DNA of 64,000 bases from an uncultured Gammaproteobacteria bacterium (GTDB lineage Bacteria > Patescibacteriota > Microgenomatia > CAYSOG01), in assembly GCA_964432675.1 (NCBI GenBank), contig CAYSOG010000005.1, positions 910-64,909 on the forward strand, read 5' to 3'. Each line of letters begins with the position of its first letter. Within the stretch, counting starts at the first letter, position 1. Both the position numbers and the translations under genes were made by a program. The notes under the pieces were generated by a model. The model had not been told where the DNA came from. It searched no databases and was given only the letters and a program-made list of their open reading frames with translations. This document shows positions 56,231 through 64,000 of the stretch, in pieces.

Positions 56231-56671
56231 ATGAAAAAATTCATTTTGGTAACAGCTGTTATTACTACTTTTGGGCTATACGTTATTGAATATCGGTTCG
56301 GTGGTAGAGATGACATCAATGTTGTGCCTCCTGCCACGGTCATACCAAACACCAGCACGACCGGTGGACCATCGGCAATTGCAAAATATAAAGATGGATC
56401 ATATATAGGCCCTAGTACTGACGCATTTTACGGTAACGTGCAAGTTAAAGCTATTATTAGCGGCGGTAAAATTACCGATGTCCAGTTCTTAGATTACCCA
56501 CAAGACAGGCAAACCTCGATAATAATTAACGGCCAAGCAATGCCGTACTTAAAACAAGAGGCCATCCAATCACAAAGTGCAAAAGTCGATATCATTTCAG
56601 GAGCAACACAAACAAGTATGGCTTTCCAACAATCATTGCAATCGGCGCTTACAAATGCCAAAACTCAATGA
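56231..56671 (+). CDS. Extracytosolic FMN-binding (flavinylated) protein
   Basis: N-terminal signal/TM; YKDGSY.G, GKITDV, flavinylation motif ISGATQTS. Confidence 0.9.
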   Translation: MKKFILVTAVITTFGLYVIEYRFGGRDDINVVPPATVIPNTSTTGGPSAIAKYKDGSYIGPSTDAFYGNVQVKAIISGGKITDVQFLDYPQDRQTSIIINGQAMPYLKQEAIQSQSAKVDIISGATQTSMAFQQSLQSALTNAKTQ

Positions 56672-57408
56672 AACAAACACAAATCTTAATGGGCATGCCA
56701 ATCAGTGTTGAGATTATCGATAACCATATTCCAGCAGATACATTTAATATGGTTTTCGATTATTTCCGATATGTCGATGAGACGTTTAGTACATATAAAC
56801 CATCAAGTGAAGTAAGCAAGATTAACAGAGGTGAAATGTCACCAGAAATTTTAAGTCAAGATATGCGAGAAATCCTACAACTATCTGAAAAAACCAGAGT
56901 TGAAACAAAAGGGTATTTTAATATTAGGCATAAAGGGCAATTGGACCCTTCTGGTATCGTAAAAGGTTGGGCTATTAATAATGCAGCAAGGCTTCTAAAA
57001 AATGCTGGTTATAGAAACTACTACATAGATGCCGGCGGCGATATTCAAGTGGAAGGGAAAAATAGCCAAGGACGAGCTTGGACCATCGGTATCCGAAACC
57101 CATTTAAGGTAGATGAGATTGTAAAGGTTTTATCGGTTAAAAATTGCGGTGTTGCTACTTCCGGGACATATGAACGGGGGCGGCATATTTATAATCCAAT
57201 GGCTAACGGAAAGCCGGTAACTGATATTGTCAGTATCACCGTAATTGGCCCAAATATTTATGACACTGATAGATTCGCAACCGCAGCCTTTGCCATGGGT
57301 AGTCAAGGTATCAAGCTAATCGAAAAATTGGATGGGTTTGAGGGGTACATGATAGACAATAAAGGTATTGCAACAATGACAAAGGGGTTTGAGCAATACA
57401 CAAGATAA
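56668..57408 (+). CDS. apbE: FAD:protein FMN transferase
   Basis: MGM, FSTYK..SE, DPSGIVKGWA, AGGDI, VATSGTYERGRHI.NP, D.FATA. Confidence 0.92.
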   Translation: MKQTQILMGMPISVEIIDNHIPADTFNMVFDYFRYVDETFSTYKPSSEVSKINRGEMSPEILSQDMREILQLSEKTRVETKGYFNIRHKGQLDPSGIVKGWAINNAARLLKNAGYRNYYIDAGGDIQVEGKNSQGRAWTIGIRNPFKVDEIVKVLSVKNCGVATSGTYERGRHIYNPMANGKPVTDIVSITVIGPNIYDTDRFATAAFAMGSQGIKLIEKLDGFEGYMIDNKGIATMTKGFEQYTR

Positions 57409-57426
57409 CGAGTAAGATTTTATGGT

Positions 57427-58944
57427 ATGAAAATCATTGATAATTTTCTTAACAACATTACAATGTACCGGTTGGTGCTCTATTATTTGGCCTTATTAGT
57501 AGTTATCGCGGCAATTTTGAGCGCCTTTGGTATCTTGGCATTTAACTTGTTTGCCATCATCGGCTCAACAATTTTCCTTATAGCGGTCTGTTGGATAACG
57601 AATACCATTTTTGCAAAGACCTATAAAGCACATACGAACGTTGATTCTGTTTATATTACGGCACTCATCTTAGCCTTGATCATAACACCGATCAGAACAC
57701 CATCGGATATTATATTCTTTGTCTGGGTCGGGATTTGGGCAATGGCCTCAAAGTATATCGTTGCCCTTAACAAAAAACACCTATTTAATCCAGCAGCCTT
57801 TGCTGTTCTACTTACGGCTATAACGCTAAACAACTCGGCAAGTTGGTGGGTTGGAACTAGTTATATGATGCCGTTTGTGCTTTTGGGTGGTTTGCTGATT
57901 GTACGAAAACTTGGTCGGTTTGATATGGTCTTCAGTTTCCTTGTGGCCTCGCTTATTACTATCGTTGGATTTAGCCTAGTTAAAGGCACTCCAATTATTA
58001 CTATTTTACAAAAAACATTTATAGACTCCCCTCTTTTATTTTTTGCATTCATCATGCTTACCGAACCACTAACTACTCCGCCATCCAAGAAGTTACGCAT
58101 TATTTACGGCAGTATTGTTGGCGTGTTATTTTCGCCTCAGCTGCAAATTGGTGGATTGTTTACCACACCCGAATCTGCTCTTATTTTAGGAAATGTTTTT
58201 TCGTATATAGTTAGTCCAAAACAAAAACTTTTGCTTGAATTAAAGGAAAAGGTCAAAGTCGCTGAAGATGTCTATGATTTTGTTTTCCATACAAACAAAA
58301 AAGTGGCCTTTACCCCGGGGCAATATATGGAATGGACACTTGGTCACAAAAATCCTGATAGCCGCGGCAGTAGAAGGTACTTAACTATTGCTTCTTCACC
58401 AACGGAAGATAATTTTCGGATTGGCGTAAAATTTCACCAACAACCGAGTACTTTTAAGAAGTCAATGCTGACATTACCAGCTGGCAGCAATCTTATGGCC
58501 GGACAATTATCGGGTGATTTTATCCTACCCGAAGACCCAATGCAAAAATGCGTATTTATCGCAGGCGGCATCGGTATAACCCCGTTTCGAAGTATGATCA
58601 AATATTTAATAGATATCGGGCAAAAGCGAGATATTGTGCTCTTTTACGCAAACAAAACGGTGCAAGATATTGTCTATAAGAATATTTTTGATGAAGCAGC
58701 GTATAAGCTTGGTATAAGGATAATATATACCTTAACGGACCAAAACCAAATCCCAGCTAACTGGCCTGGCTACGTTGGCTACATAACCCAAGAAATGATC
58801 ACACAAGAAGTGCCGGATTATAAGGAAAGGATATTTTACCTCTCCGGCCCACGTTCAATGGTTGAAAATTTTGAGGATACATTAAACAAAATGGCTATTC
58901 CAAAAACCCAAATCAAAATTGATTACTTCCCGGGATTTGCTTGA
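57427..58944 (+). CDS. RnfD/NqrB-like membrane domain fused to an FNR-type FAD/NAD(P)H oxidoreductase
   Basis: KHLFNPAA, MLTEPLTTP; PGQY, RYLTIAS, IAGGIGITPF, YLSGP, DYF. Confidence 0.88.
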   Translation: MKIIDNFLNNITMYRLVLYYLALLVVIAAILSAFGILAFNLFAIIGSTIFLIAVCWITNTIFAKTYKAHTNVDSVYITALILALIITPIRTPSDIIFFVWVGIWAMASKYIVALNKKHLFNPAAFAVLLTAITLNNSASWWVGTSYMMPFVLLGGLLIVRKLGRFDMVFSFLVASLITIVGFSLVKGTPIITILQKTFIDSPLLFFAFIMLTEPLTTPPSKKLRIIYGSIVGVLFSPQLQIGGLFTTPESALILGNVFSYIVSPKQKLLLELKEKVKVAEDVYDFVFHTNKKVAFTPGQYMEWTLGHKNPDSRGSRRYLTIASSPTEDNFRIGVKFHQQPSTFKKSMLTLPAGSNLMAGQLSGDFILPEDPMQKCVFIAGGIGITPFRSMIKYLIDIGQKRDIVLFYANKTVQDIVYKNIFDEAAYKLGIRIIYTLTDQNQIPANWPGYVGYITQEMITQEVPDYKERIFYLSGPRSMVENFEDTLNKMAIPKTQIKIDYFPGFA

Positions 58945-58971
58945 TCAAATATATTATCAGGAAATGGATGG

Positions 58972-59655
58972 TTAGGCCGCTAGATCGAGCCTAGTTAGCA
59001 AAGCTAGTTTTATGACTGGCTCATCAAAGTACTTACCAAAAGTTTCGGTGAGTTGTTTAAACGCAATATCTGGTGCAAGCGATGGGGAACCGGGACGGTC
59101 TGCAATCATGGCATCGGTAGTATCCGCCAATGCAACCACTTTTCGCATGGTACCCAACAATGGTAGCTCTGGCTCTTTCAGTAAATATTCCGGATACCCA
59201 TTCGGCTGATATAAATGATGGCCATGCACAACAGCAGCTACATGTTGTTCGTATGGAAGAGCTATCATATAACCATATTCAACATGTTCTCTAGCAGTTG
59301 CCTGTTCTTCGTCATCTAACTTTCCAGGTTTATTCAATATATAAAGTGGTGTGTATTTCTTGCCTCCATCATGAATTAAAGTAGCTCTTATGGCCATACG
59401 CTCAATATATTGGCTACCCAAACCTATTTTAGGTGCAACTACGGCAGCAACTTTAGCAGCATTAACCATATGCTTTGCCGTAGGCGCGTCATGTGCTGCA
59501 ACTTGGTTAACGATGTATAAAACATATGGATAGCCTTGCACCGCCTCAATCAGTGCCGGATGGTTATCAAATACATTTTCAACGGTTGGATAAACAAGAT
59601 CACTATCAGCAATACTGCCTTGTGGGGCGAATAAGCCACCAAGTTCATTTCTCAT
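58972..59655 (-). CDS. HD-GYP-like phosphodiesterase (partly degenerate motifs)
   Basis: HDGGK, NKPGKL, H..YG, HH...NGYP, AD..DAM..DRP; ATG at 59655 has TATACT 6 nt upstream. Confidence 0.75.
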   Translation of the reverse strand: MRNELGGLFAPQGSIADSDLVYPTVENVFDNHPALIEAVQGYPYVLYIVNQVAAHDAPTAKHMVNAAKVAAVVAPKIGLGSQYIERMAIRATLIHDGGKKYTPLYILNKPGKLDDEEQATAREHVEYGYMIALPYEQHVAAVVHGHHLYQPNGYPEYLLKEPELPLLGTMRKVVALADTTDAMIADRPGSPSLAPDIAFKQLTETFGKYFDEPVIKLALLTRLDLAA

Positions 59656-59732
59656 TCGCTTAGTATACCTGATAAAATGCCAGAAAAGCAAGCCAGTGCA
59701 ACCTTTTTTATAATTAAGATGCGATTGAAAGG

Positions 59733-59762
59733 TTGACAAGTTCGCTTGTCGTATGGTACGCT
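59733..59762 (+). promoter_or_regulatory. Sigma70-like promoter for the leader/ABC transcript
   Basis: TTGACA-N18-TACGCT with TG extension. Confidence 0.6.
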
Positions 59763-59817
59763 ATACGCTCTTTGCCGAAAAATACGGCAAAATAATAATT
59801 GAAAGGTTAGTCGCACT

Positions 59818-59931
59818 ATGGCAACAACCAAAATAAATCAAGCACCAATAGGCAACCCGGTTTCACTTCGGGGGCGCTTAATGCGTGTTCAACAGGTTTT
59901 TGCCACGGTTTTTGTACGAAAACGATCTTAA
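59818..59931 (+). CDS. Putative 37-aa leader peptide MATTKINQAPIGNPVSLRGRLMRVQQVFATVFVRKRS
   Basis: GAAAGG SD; ORF contains the antiterminator strand and ends 23 nt before the terminator stem. Confidence 0.65.
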   Translation: MATTKINQAPIGNPVSLRGRLMRVQQVFATVFVRKRS

Positions 59932-59954
59932 ATTTTAAGTAATTGATTTTTTAC

Positions 59955-59986
59955 AAGCGCCGTGGCGAAAACCACGGCGCTTTTTT
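59955..59986 (+). terminator. Attenuator terminator upstream of the ABC exporter
   Basis: AAGCGCCGTGG-CGAAAA-CCACGGCGCTT followed by a T-tract; alternative pairing with 59896-59916. Confidence 0.8.
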
Positions 59987-60118
59987 GTTGGCTCAATGCC
60001 ATTACAGGCCAGGGTCAATATAGAAGACGGATTAGTCTCGTAGTAATATCTGCAGCAAGCCTTACTGGCAACGGTATTGAGCGACTAAAGCCAGCTAGAG
60101 AGAAAGGAGCAAAACTTT

Positions 60119-61861
60119 ATGTTTCGGAAACTTTGGTACCTGCTCGAACCGTTTCGAAAAACGTTCGGCTGGTTCGTTCTCTTGCTTGTGGTCTATGAAG
60201 GCCTACAGGTAGGAGAAGGGTATGTTATTAGTTTAGTGGTCACGTTATTCGGTCAGCATGCCAAAATGGCAATCTGGATCGGGCTTTTTGCGGGGTTATT
60301 AATCTATGACGAACTCTTTATGCGCATGGATAACGTTATTGATTGGTACGTTGTTGCCAAGATCGTTTATCCGGTGTACAAGCACCTTAAAATTAGTGCC
60401 ATTACAAAATTCCTGAAAATGGATATGACATGGCATCAAAAGCACAACTCGGGTACATTAGTCGGCAAAGTGTCAAACGGTGTCTATAAGGTTAATGATA
60501 TTGTTATAAATGGTAGTTGGGAATTCATTCCAACGCTCATTCAAACACTCTTAAGCCTTATTCCACTTATTATCTTTAGCGCATATGGGGCATTGGTATC
60601 GGTCGCAGCGTTTTGTCTCTTTCTCTTCTTTACGTTTAAGGATAATGAAGCGAAAGAGCCGTTCCGTGCTGTACGGCATGATCTTTATGAAGATGAGTGG
60701 CATCATTTTTCTGAAGGTGTCCAATCGGCTGAAACAGTTGCCATGTTTGGCCAAGCAGATCGTTTGCTGCAGGAACACACCCGGCTCCATGATGAAATCG
60801 TCGCTTCAGGTTTGGCGGAAGGTCGCATTGGTATATTCAAATACAACCGGATAAGAATACGGATTTTGACAATCGCGAGAAGATTAATTCTTGCGATTTG
60901 GATCTATCAACTTTCTACCGGTTCCCTATCGATTGCCAACCTTATTTTCGTCAGCGTGCTAACGGAAAAATTATTCAGTAGTTTCTGGCGTTTTGCCCGC
61001 TTGTTTGACCGAGCCTCAGAAGCCAGCGAAGGGTCTGACCGTTTGGCAAACTTAATGGCAGAAACCGAAGCAAGCTATGGCGGAACATTAGTGCCAGATA
61101 TCAAGGGTCCAATTGGTATTAATTTGGACAACGTTTCATTCGGCTATGATGGTGAATACAACAAAAAGGAAGGCGTGCTCCATAACCTTTCGCTCACTGT
61201 TGAACCGGGAACAATTGTGGGTTTGGTTGGTCCATCAGGCGCCGGCAAAACAACGATCCGCAAGATTGTAACTGGTATGGTGCCAATCCAACGGGGCAAG
61301 ATTACCGTTGGCGGGGTAGATATTAATACCTGGTCTCATGATCATCTTAAGGGCCTTTTTTCGCATGTGCCACAAGGTGACGATGTTTTTATCTACGCAG
61401 AAACGCTGCATGATAATATTGCCTTCGCCAGACCTCAAGCCACGCGACAAGAAGTTATGGCGGCGGCAGAACTAGCCGGCATCCATGAATTTGTTATGGG
61501 ACTGCCAGATGGATACGACACGTTAGTTGGTGAACGCGGCAAACGCCTTTCTGGCGGCCAAAAACAGCGCATCGCTTTGGCCCGTGCTATTATTGCCAAC
61601 CGGCCGATCTTGATTTTGGACGAGGCAACTTCAGCGGTGGACGCAATTACTGAAGGAGAAATCCAACAGAAAATGGCCAGTATTTTGCATGGCAAAACAG
61701 CTATTATTATCGCCCACCGTCTTGCTACCATTTGGGATATTGCGCACAAAATTGTCGTGATGGACAACGGTCGCAAGGTTGAAGAAGGTACCCATGCCGA
61801 GTTGATGCAACAAAATGGTTTGTACGCCCACATGGTAGCATTACAAACCGCTGAAACATAA
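60119..61861 (+). CDS. ABC exporter, fused permease and ATPase (MdlB/MsbA-like multidrug type)
   Basis: TM domain; GPSGAGKTT, GERGKRLSGGQKQRIALARA, LDEATSAVD, IAHRL; AAAGGAG SD. Confidence 0.94.
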   Translation: MFRKLWYLLEPFRKTFGWFVLLLVVYEGLQVGEGYVISLVVTLFGQHAKMAIWIGLFAGLLIYDELFMRMDNVIDWYVVAKIVYPVYKHLKISAITKFLKMDMTWHQKHNSGTLVGKVSNGVYKVNDIVINGSWEFIPTLIQTLLSLIPLIIFSAYGALVSVAAFCLFLFFTFKDNEAKEPFRAVRHDLYEDEWHHFSEGVQSAETVAMFGQADRLLQEHTRLHDEIVASGLAEGRIGIFKYNRIRIRILTIARRLILAIWIYQLSTGSLSIANLIFVSVLTEKLFSSFWRFARLFDRASEASEGSDRLANLMAETEASYGGTLVPDIKGPIGINLDNVSFGYDGEYNKKEGVLHNLSLTVEPGTIVGLVGPSGAGKTTIRKIVTGMVPIQRGKITVGGVDINTWSHDHLKGLFSHVPQGDDVFIYAETLHDNIAFARPQATRQEVMAAAELAGIHEFVMGLPDGYDTLVGERGKRLSGGQKQRIALARAIIANRPILILDEATSAVDAITEGEIQQKMASILHGKTAIIIAHRLATIWDIAHKIVVMDNGRKVEEGTHAELMQQNGLYAHMVALQTAET

Positions 61862-61874
61862 CCTGTTTCATTTC

Positions 61875-61932
61875 AAAGCACCGGGCTTTGTGGACGATTT
61901 TCGTTCCCAAAGTTCCGGTGCTTTTTCTTTTT
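61875..61932 (+). terminator. Long-stem intrinsic terminator after the ABC gene
   Basis: AAAGCACCGG...CCGGTGCTTT followed by a T-rich tail. Confidence 0.7.
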
Positions 61933-61971
61933 CTAGAGACTAATACTTGGTCATTATATTAACCTATAGTA

Positions 61972-62000
61972 TTGACTTATTATATAAATTCAGCTATAAT
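61972..62000 (+). promoter_or_regulatory. Near-consensus sigma70 promoter
   Basis: TTGACT-N17-TATAAT. Confidence 0.65.
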
Positions 62001-62186
62001 AAGTTACAAGATTTGTTCCATTTGCTTATCCTAAAGTATGGAATAAACACACCTTAAAAATCATTGGAAAGTTAATCGAGCCGTTCGGTTGCGCTGGAAT
62101 ATCGATATTTCTATAGAATTATTTTCTCAAGAAACGATCGTACTATCATCCAACGACAAGGCAAAGAACAAGGAGGAGGTTCTCGC

Positions 62187-63116
62187 ATGAAACTATGGAT
62201 GAGGTTGGTTTTCGCACTGGCAATTTTGTCTGTTACTGCCTGTTCAAATGGAAAGCCTTCAAACAGTAGCTTAAAGGCACCTTATACCGAGGCAACCAAT
62301 ACAGTTAGACAAGCACCTACTACAACACCTGTTGCCTTATCACCTTGTCCCACTCCGCCGGCTACCGAGCTGAAAACACTGGCAGCATATCTTGTCGCAA
62401 CGCCGAATAAAGTATTCGCTTTTGATGGCGTGGCAATAGCCAAGAGTGGCGACCTTTATGTCGACCAGGTTACCGCAAGTTCAGAAAAGGAAACAACGAC
62501 CAGGCATCTAAGCCTCGGTGTCCATGGCAGTAGTCCCGTGATCAATAGTGCGGGAACGCAGGTAGCTTATCTTACCGACGATGGCAATATCGCGGTAATC
62601 AATACCGATGCCAGCGATAATCATGTCGTTGCCGCTCGGCTCGATGGCAATACCATATTTGACTACGTAAGCTGGTCACCAACTGGCGCTTACATCGGCT
62701 ACGCTCGAAACACAAAGCTCGACCCAAATGATCCAAGGCACGCTTCATTCGATCGAGGGGTGTACTTAGTTACGCCAGACGGAAAATACACCGTTCAGAT
62801 CGTACATATGGAATTTAATGGGTATAATGACATAGATACTCACTACACGTGGTCGCCGGCTGGCAATTATATTGCCTATAAGTACCTCTTTAAAACGCCA
62901 CCAGATGCATATCTTATAATTAAATCGATTAAGGATCCAAACGATAAGGCGACCTTCGCATTTGGACCTCTATATAACAATACAACCATACTGTCATGGT
63001 TCGATAACGATAGGACAGTTGTGTTGAAGAATATCTCACCTCAAGGAACTGTATATAGAGCTGTCCAAGACGGCATTACGTCAAAACCAACAGCGTGCCA
63101 AGTGGCAACATCTTAG
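62187..63116 (+). CDS. Lipoprotein with TolB-like (PD40) beta-propeller
   Basis: Lipobox VTAC; repeated WSP.G.YI(A/G)Y blades; AGGAGG SD. Confidence 0.78.
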   Translation: MKLWMRLVFALAILSVTACSNGKPSNSSLKAPYTEATNTVRQAPTTTPVALSPCPTPPATELKTLAAYLVATPNKVFAFDGVAIAKSGDLYVDQVTASSEKETTTRHLSLGVHGSSPVINSAGTQVAYLTDDGNIAVINTDASDNHVVAARLDGNTIFDYVSWSPTGAYIGYARNTKLDPNDPRHASFDRGVYLVTPDGKYTVQIVHMEFNGYNDIDTHYTWSPAGNYIAYKYLFKTPPDAYLIIKSIKDPNDKATFAFGPLYNNTTILSWFDNDRTVVLKNISPQGTVYRAVQDGITSKPTACQVATS

Positions 63117-63145
63117 TCACTAAACTTTCCAATCTCTCTCATTTC

Positions 63146-63180
63146 GCGCCACGTTCATTTAAACTGAACGTGGCGCTTTT
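63146..63180 (+). terminator. Intrinsic terminator
   Basis: GCGCCACGTTCA-N7-TGAACGTGGCGC-TTTT. Confidence 0.7.
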
Positions 63181-63220
63181 CATATCCGTAGCATCTTCAT
63201 AGTAAATGGAGCGAGACAAC

Positions 63221-63255
63221 AAAAAGCCCCAAGAAAATAATCCTGGGGCTTTTTT
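63221..63255. terminator. Bidirectional terminator
   Basis: AAAAAGCCCCA...TGGGGCTTTTTT. Confidence 0.7.
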
Positions 63256-63282
63256 GCAACCGGTTAGTGGCGCTGCTTTTCT

Positions 63283-63987
63283 TTACAGATGGTTAAAGTA
63301 GCTTACGCACTGACCTTGGTTTTTAAATGGCTGGCCATTATTGTCTTGCAAACTTTGGTAGCCATATTTCTTACAATCATCCTTTGATGTCGGCGTATTC
63401 GGGCCGCCGATATTAGCACCATTAACACTAATATTATCAAGATAGGCATAGCCATTACCCTGGTCTGTACCTTCATCGAAGACAATATCAATGCTCTGGA
63501 CCGTCGTACCTGGTGCAATTACCGGAAATGCTTGTGTTGGGTCCGTTGGGTTGAATACTTTATGGATCCAAGTATTTCCCAGGGTATCAGTCGTTGTACC
63601 CGTCGTCGTACCCGCTGCACATCCGATAAAGTGGGTAACGTTATCGCTGGTTACCACGTTAAAACGTGGAGCTCCTGCGCCGCAATGGCTATCACTGCGA
63701 ATATCGTAATTCAACTCTGTTAACGTTATCCCATTAACACCGTTAATCGTTGCACCCGAAGACGCGTTTGTTGCCGTAAGGCATGGTTTGGTAAGGTGTA
63801 ACGCTGGCGGCGGATTGCCCGTGGTACTGTCCCAAGTTGACTGAATACCACTACAAGCGTTGCCCGGATCATATGTCCAAGGCGTAACCGACATGGTTGG
63901 ACCAGCTGCCAATGTTGGCATCACAGTAGCCGCAAGCCCGACCGCAGCAATCGCTGCTGAAGTTAGTATTTTTTGCATAGTAGTCAC
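63283..63987 (-). CDS. Secreted beta-sandwich protein with C-terminal CKK..(F)KNQGQCVS module
   Basis: Signal peptide; HCGAGAPRFNV, IVFDEG...LDNI.VNG; AAAGGAGGTGA SD. Confidence 0.75.
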   Translation of the reverse strand: MTTMQKILTSAAIAAVGLAATVMPTLAAGPTMSVTPWTYDPGNACSGIQSTWDSTTGNPPPALHLTKPCLTATNASSGATINGVNGITLTELNYDIRSDSHCGAGAPRFNVVTSDNVTHFIGCAAGTTTGTTTDTLGNTWIHKVFNPTDPTQAFPVIAPGTTVQSIDIVFDEGTDQGNGYAYLDNISVNGANIGGPNTPTSKDDCKKYGYQSLQDNNGQPFKNQGQCVSYFNHL

Positions 63988-64000
63988 CTCCTTTCCGCAT

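Noticed and set aside
59962-60198. 78-aa ORF in the ORF track upstream of the ABC gene
   Set aside because: Starts inside the terminator stem, has no SD and overlaps the ABC gene out of frame; the 59818-59931 leader is better supported.
1-64000. Stop-codon reassignment (genetic code 25) as in some CPR lineages
   Set aside because: Conserved genes are full length under code 11, and TGA ends secA, folP and lysS at the expected positions.

Overview
This window is a gene-dense 64 kb chromosomal segment using the standard genetic code, with TGA acting as a stop. Gene content and architecture fit a Patescibacteria/CPR bacterium, probably of the Microgenomates group; that assignment is an inference. 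Housekeeping genes are secA, serS, lysS, greA, folP, hppA, tRNA-Glu(CTC), an FKBP and an archaeal-type PPAT/dephospho-CoA-kinase fusion. Accessory blocks are: a ~13 kb glycan-synthesis cluster flanked by two S53 peptidase paralogues; a five-gene Cys/Pro-Thr-rich surface-protein module; a compact three-gene operon (J-like-domain Ser/Thr kinase, vWA protein, divergent pyruvate-kinase barrel); pit with an archaeal-type AbrB-PhoU regulator; cfa; two DHA2 MFS pumps; an ApbE/FMN/RnfD-FNR flavinylation module; and two ABC exporters. The best candidates for undescribed biology are (1) the kinase-vWA-PK-like operon, (2) an unannotated 37-aa leader peptide with mutually exclusive terminator/antiterminator upstream of an ABC exporter, and (3) the paired Cys-rich surface proteins sharing perfectly identical DNA blocks. 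Also noted are a synonymous 'ghost' copy of the SecA C-terminus, widespread leaderless promoter architecture, and candidate PhoU operators. No CRISPR array, integrase, transposase, reverse transcriptase or rRNA was seen. All family calls come from motif recognition by eye, not from database searches.
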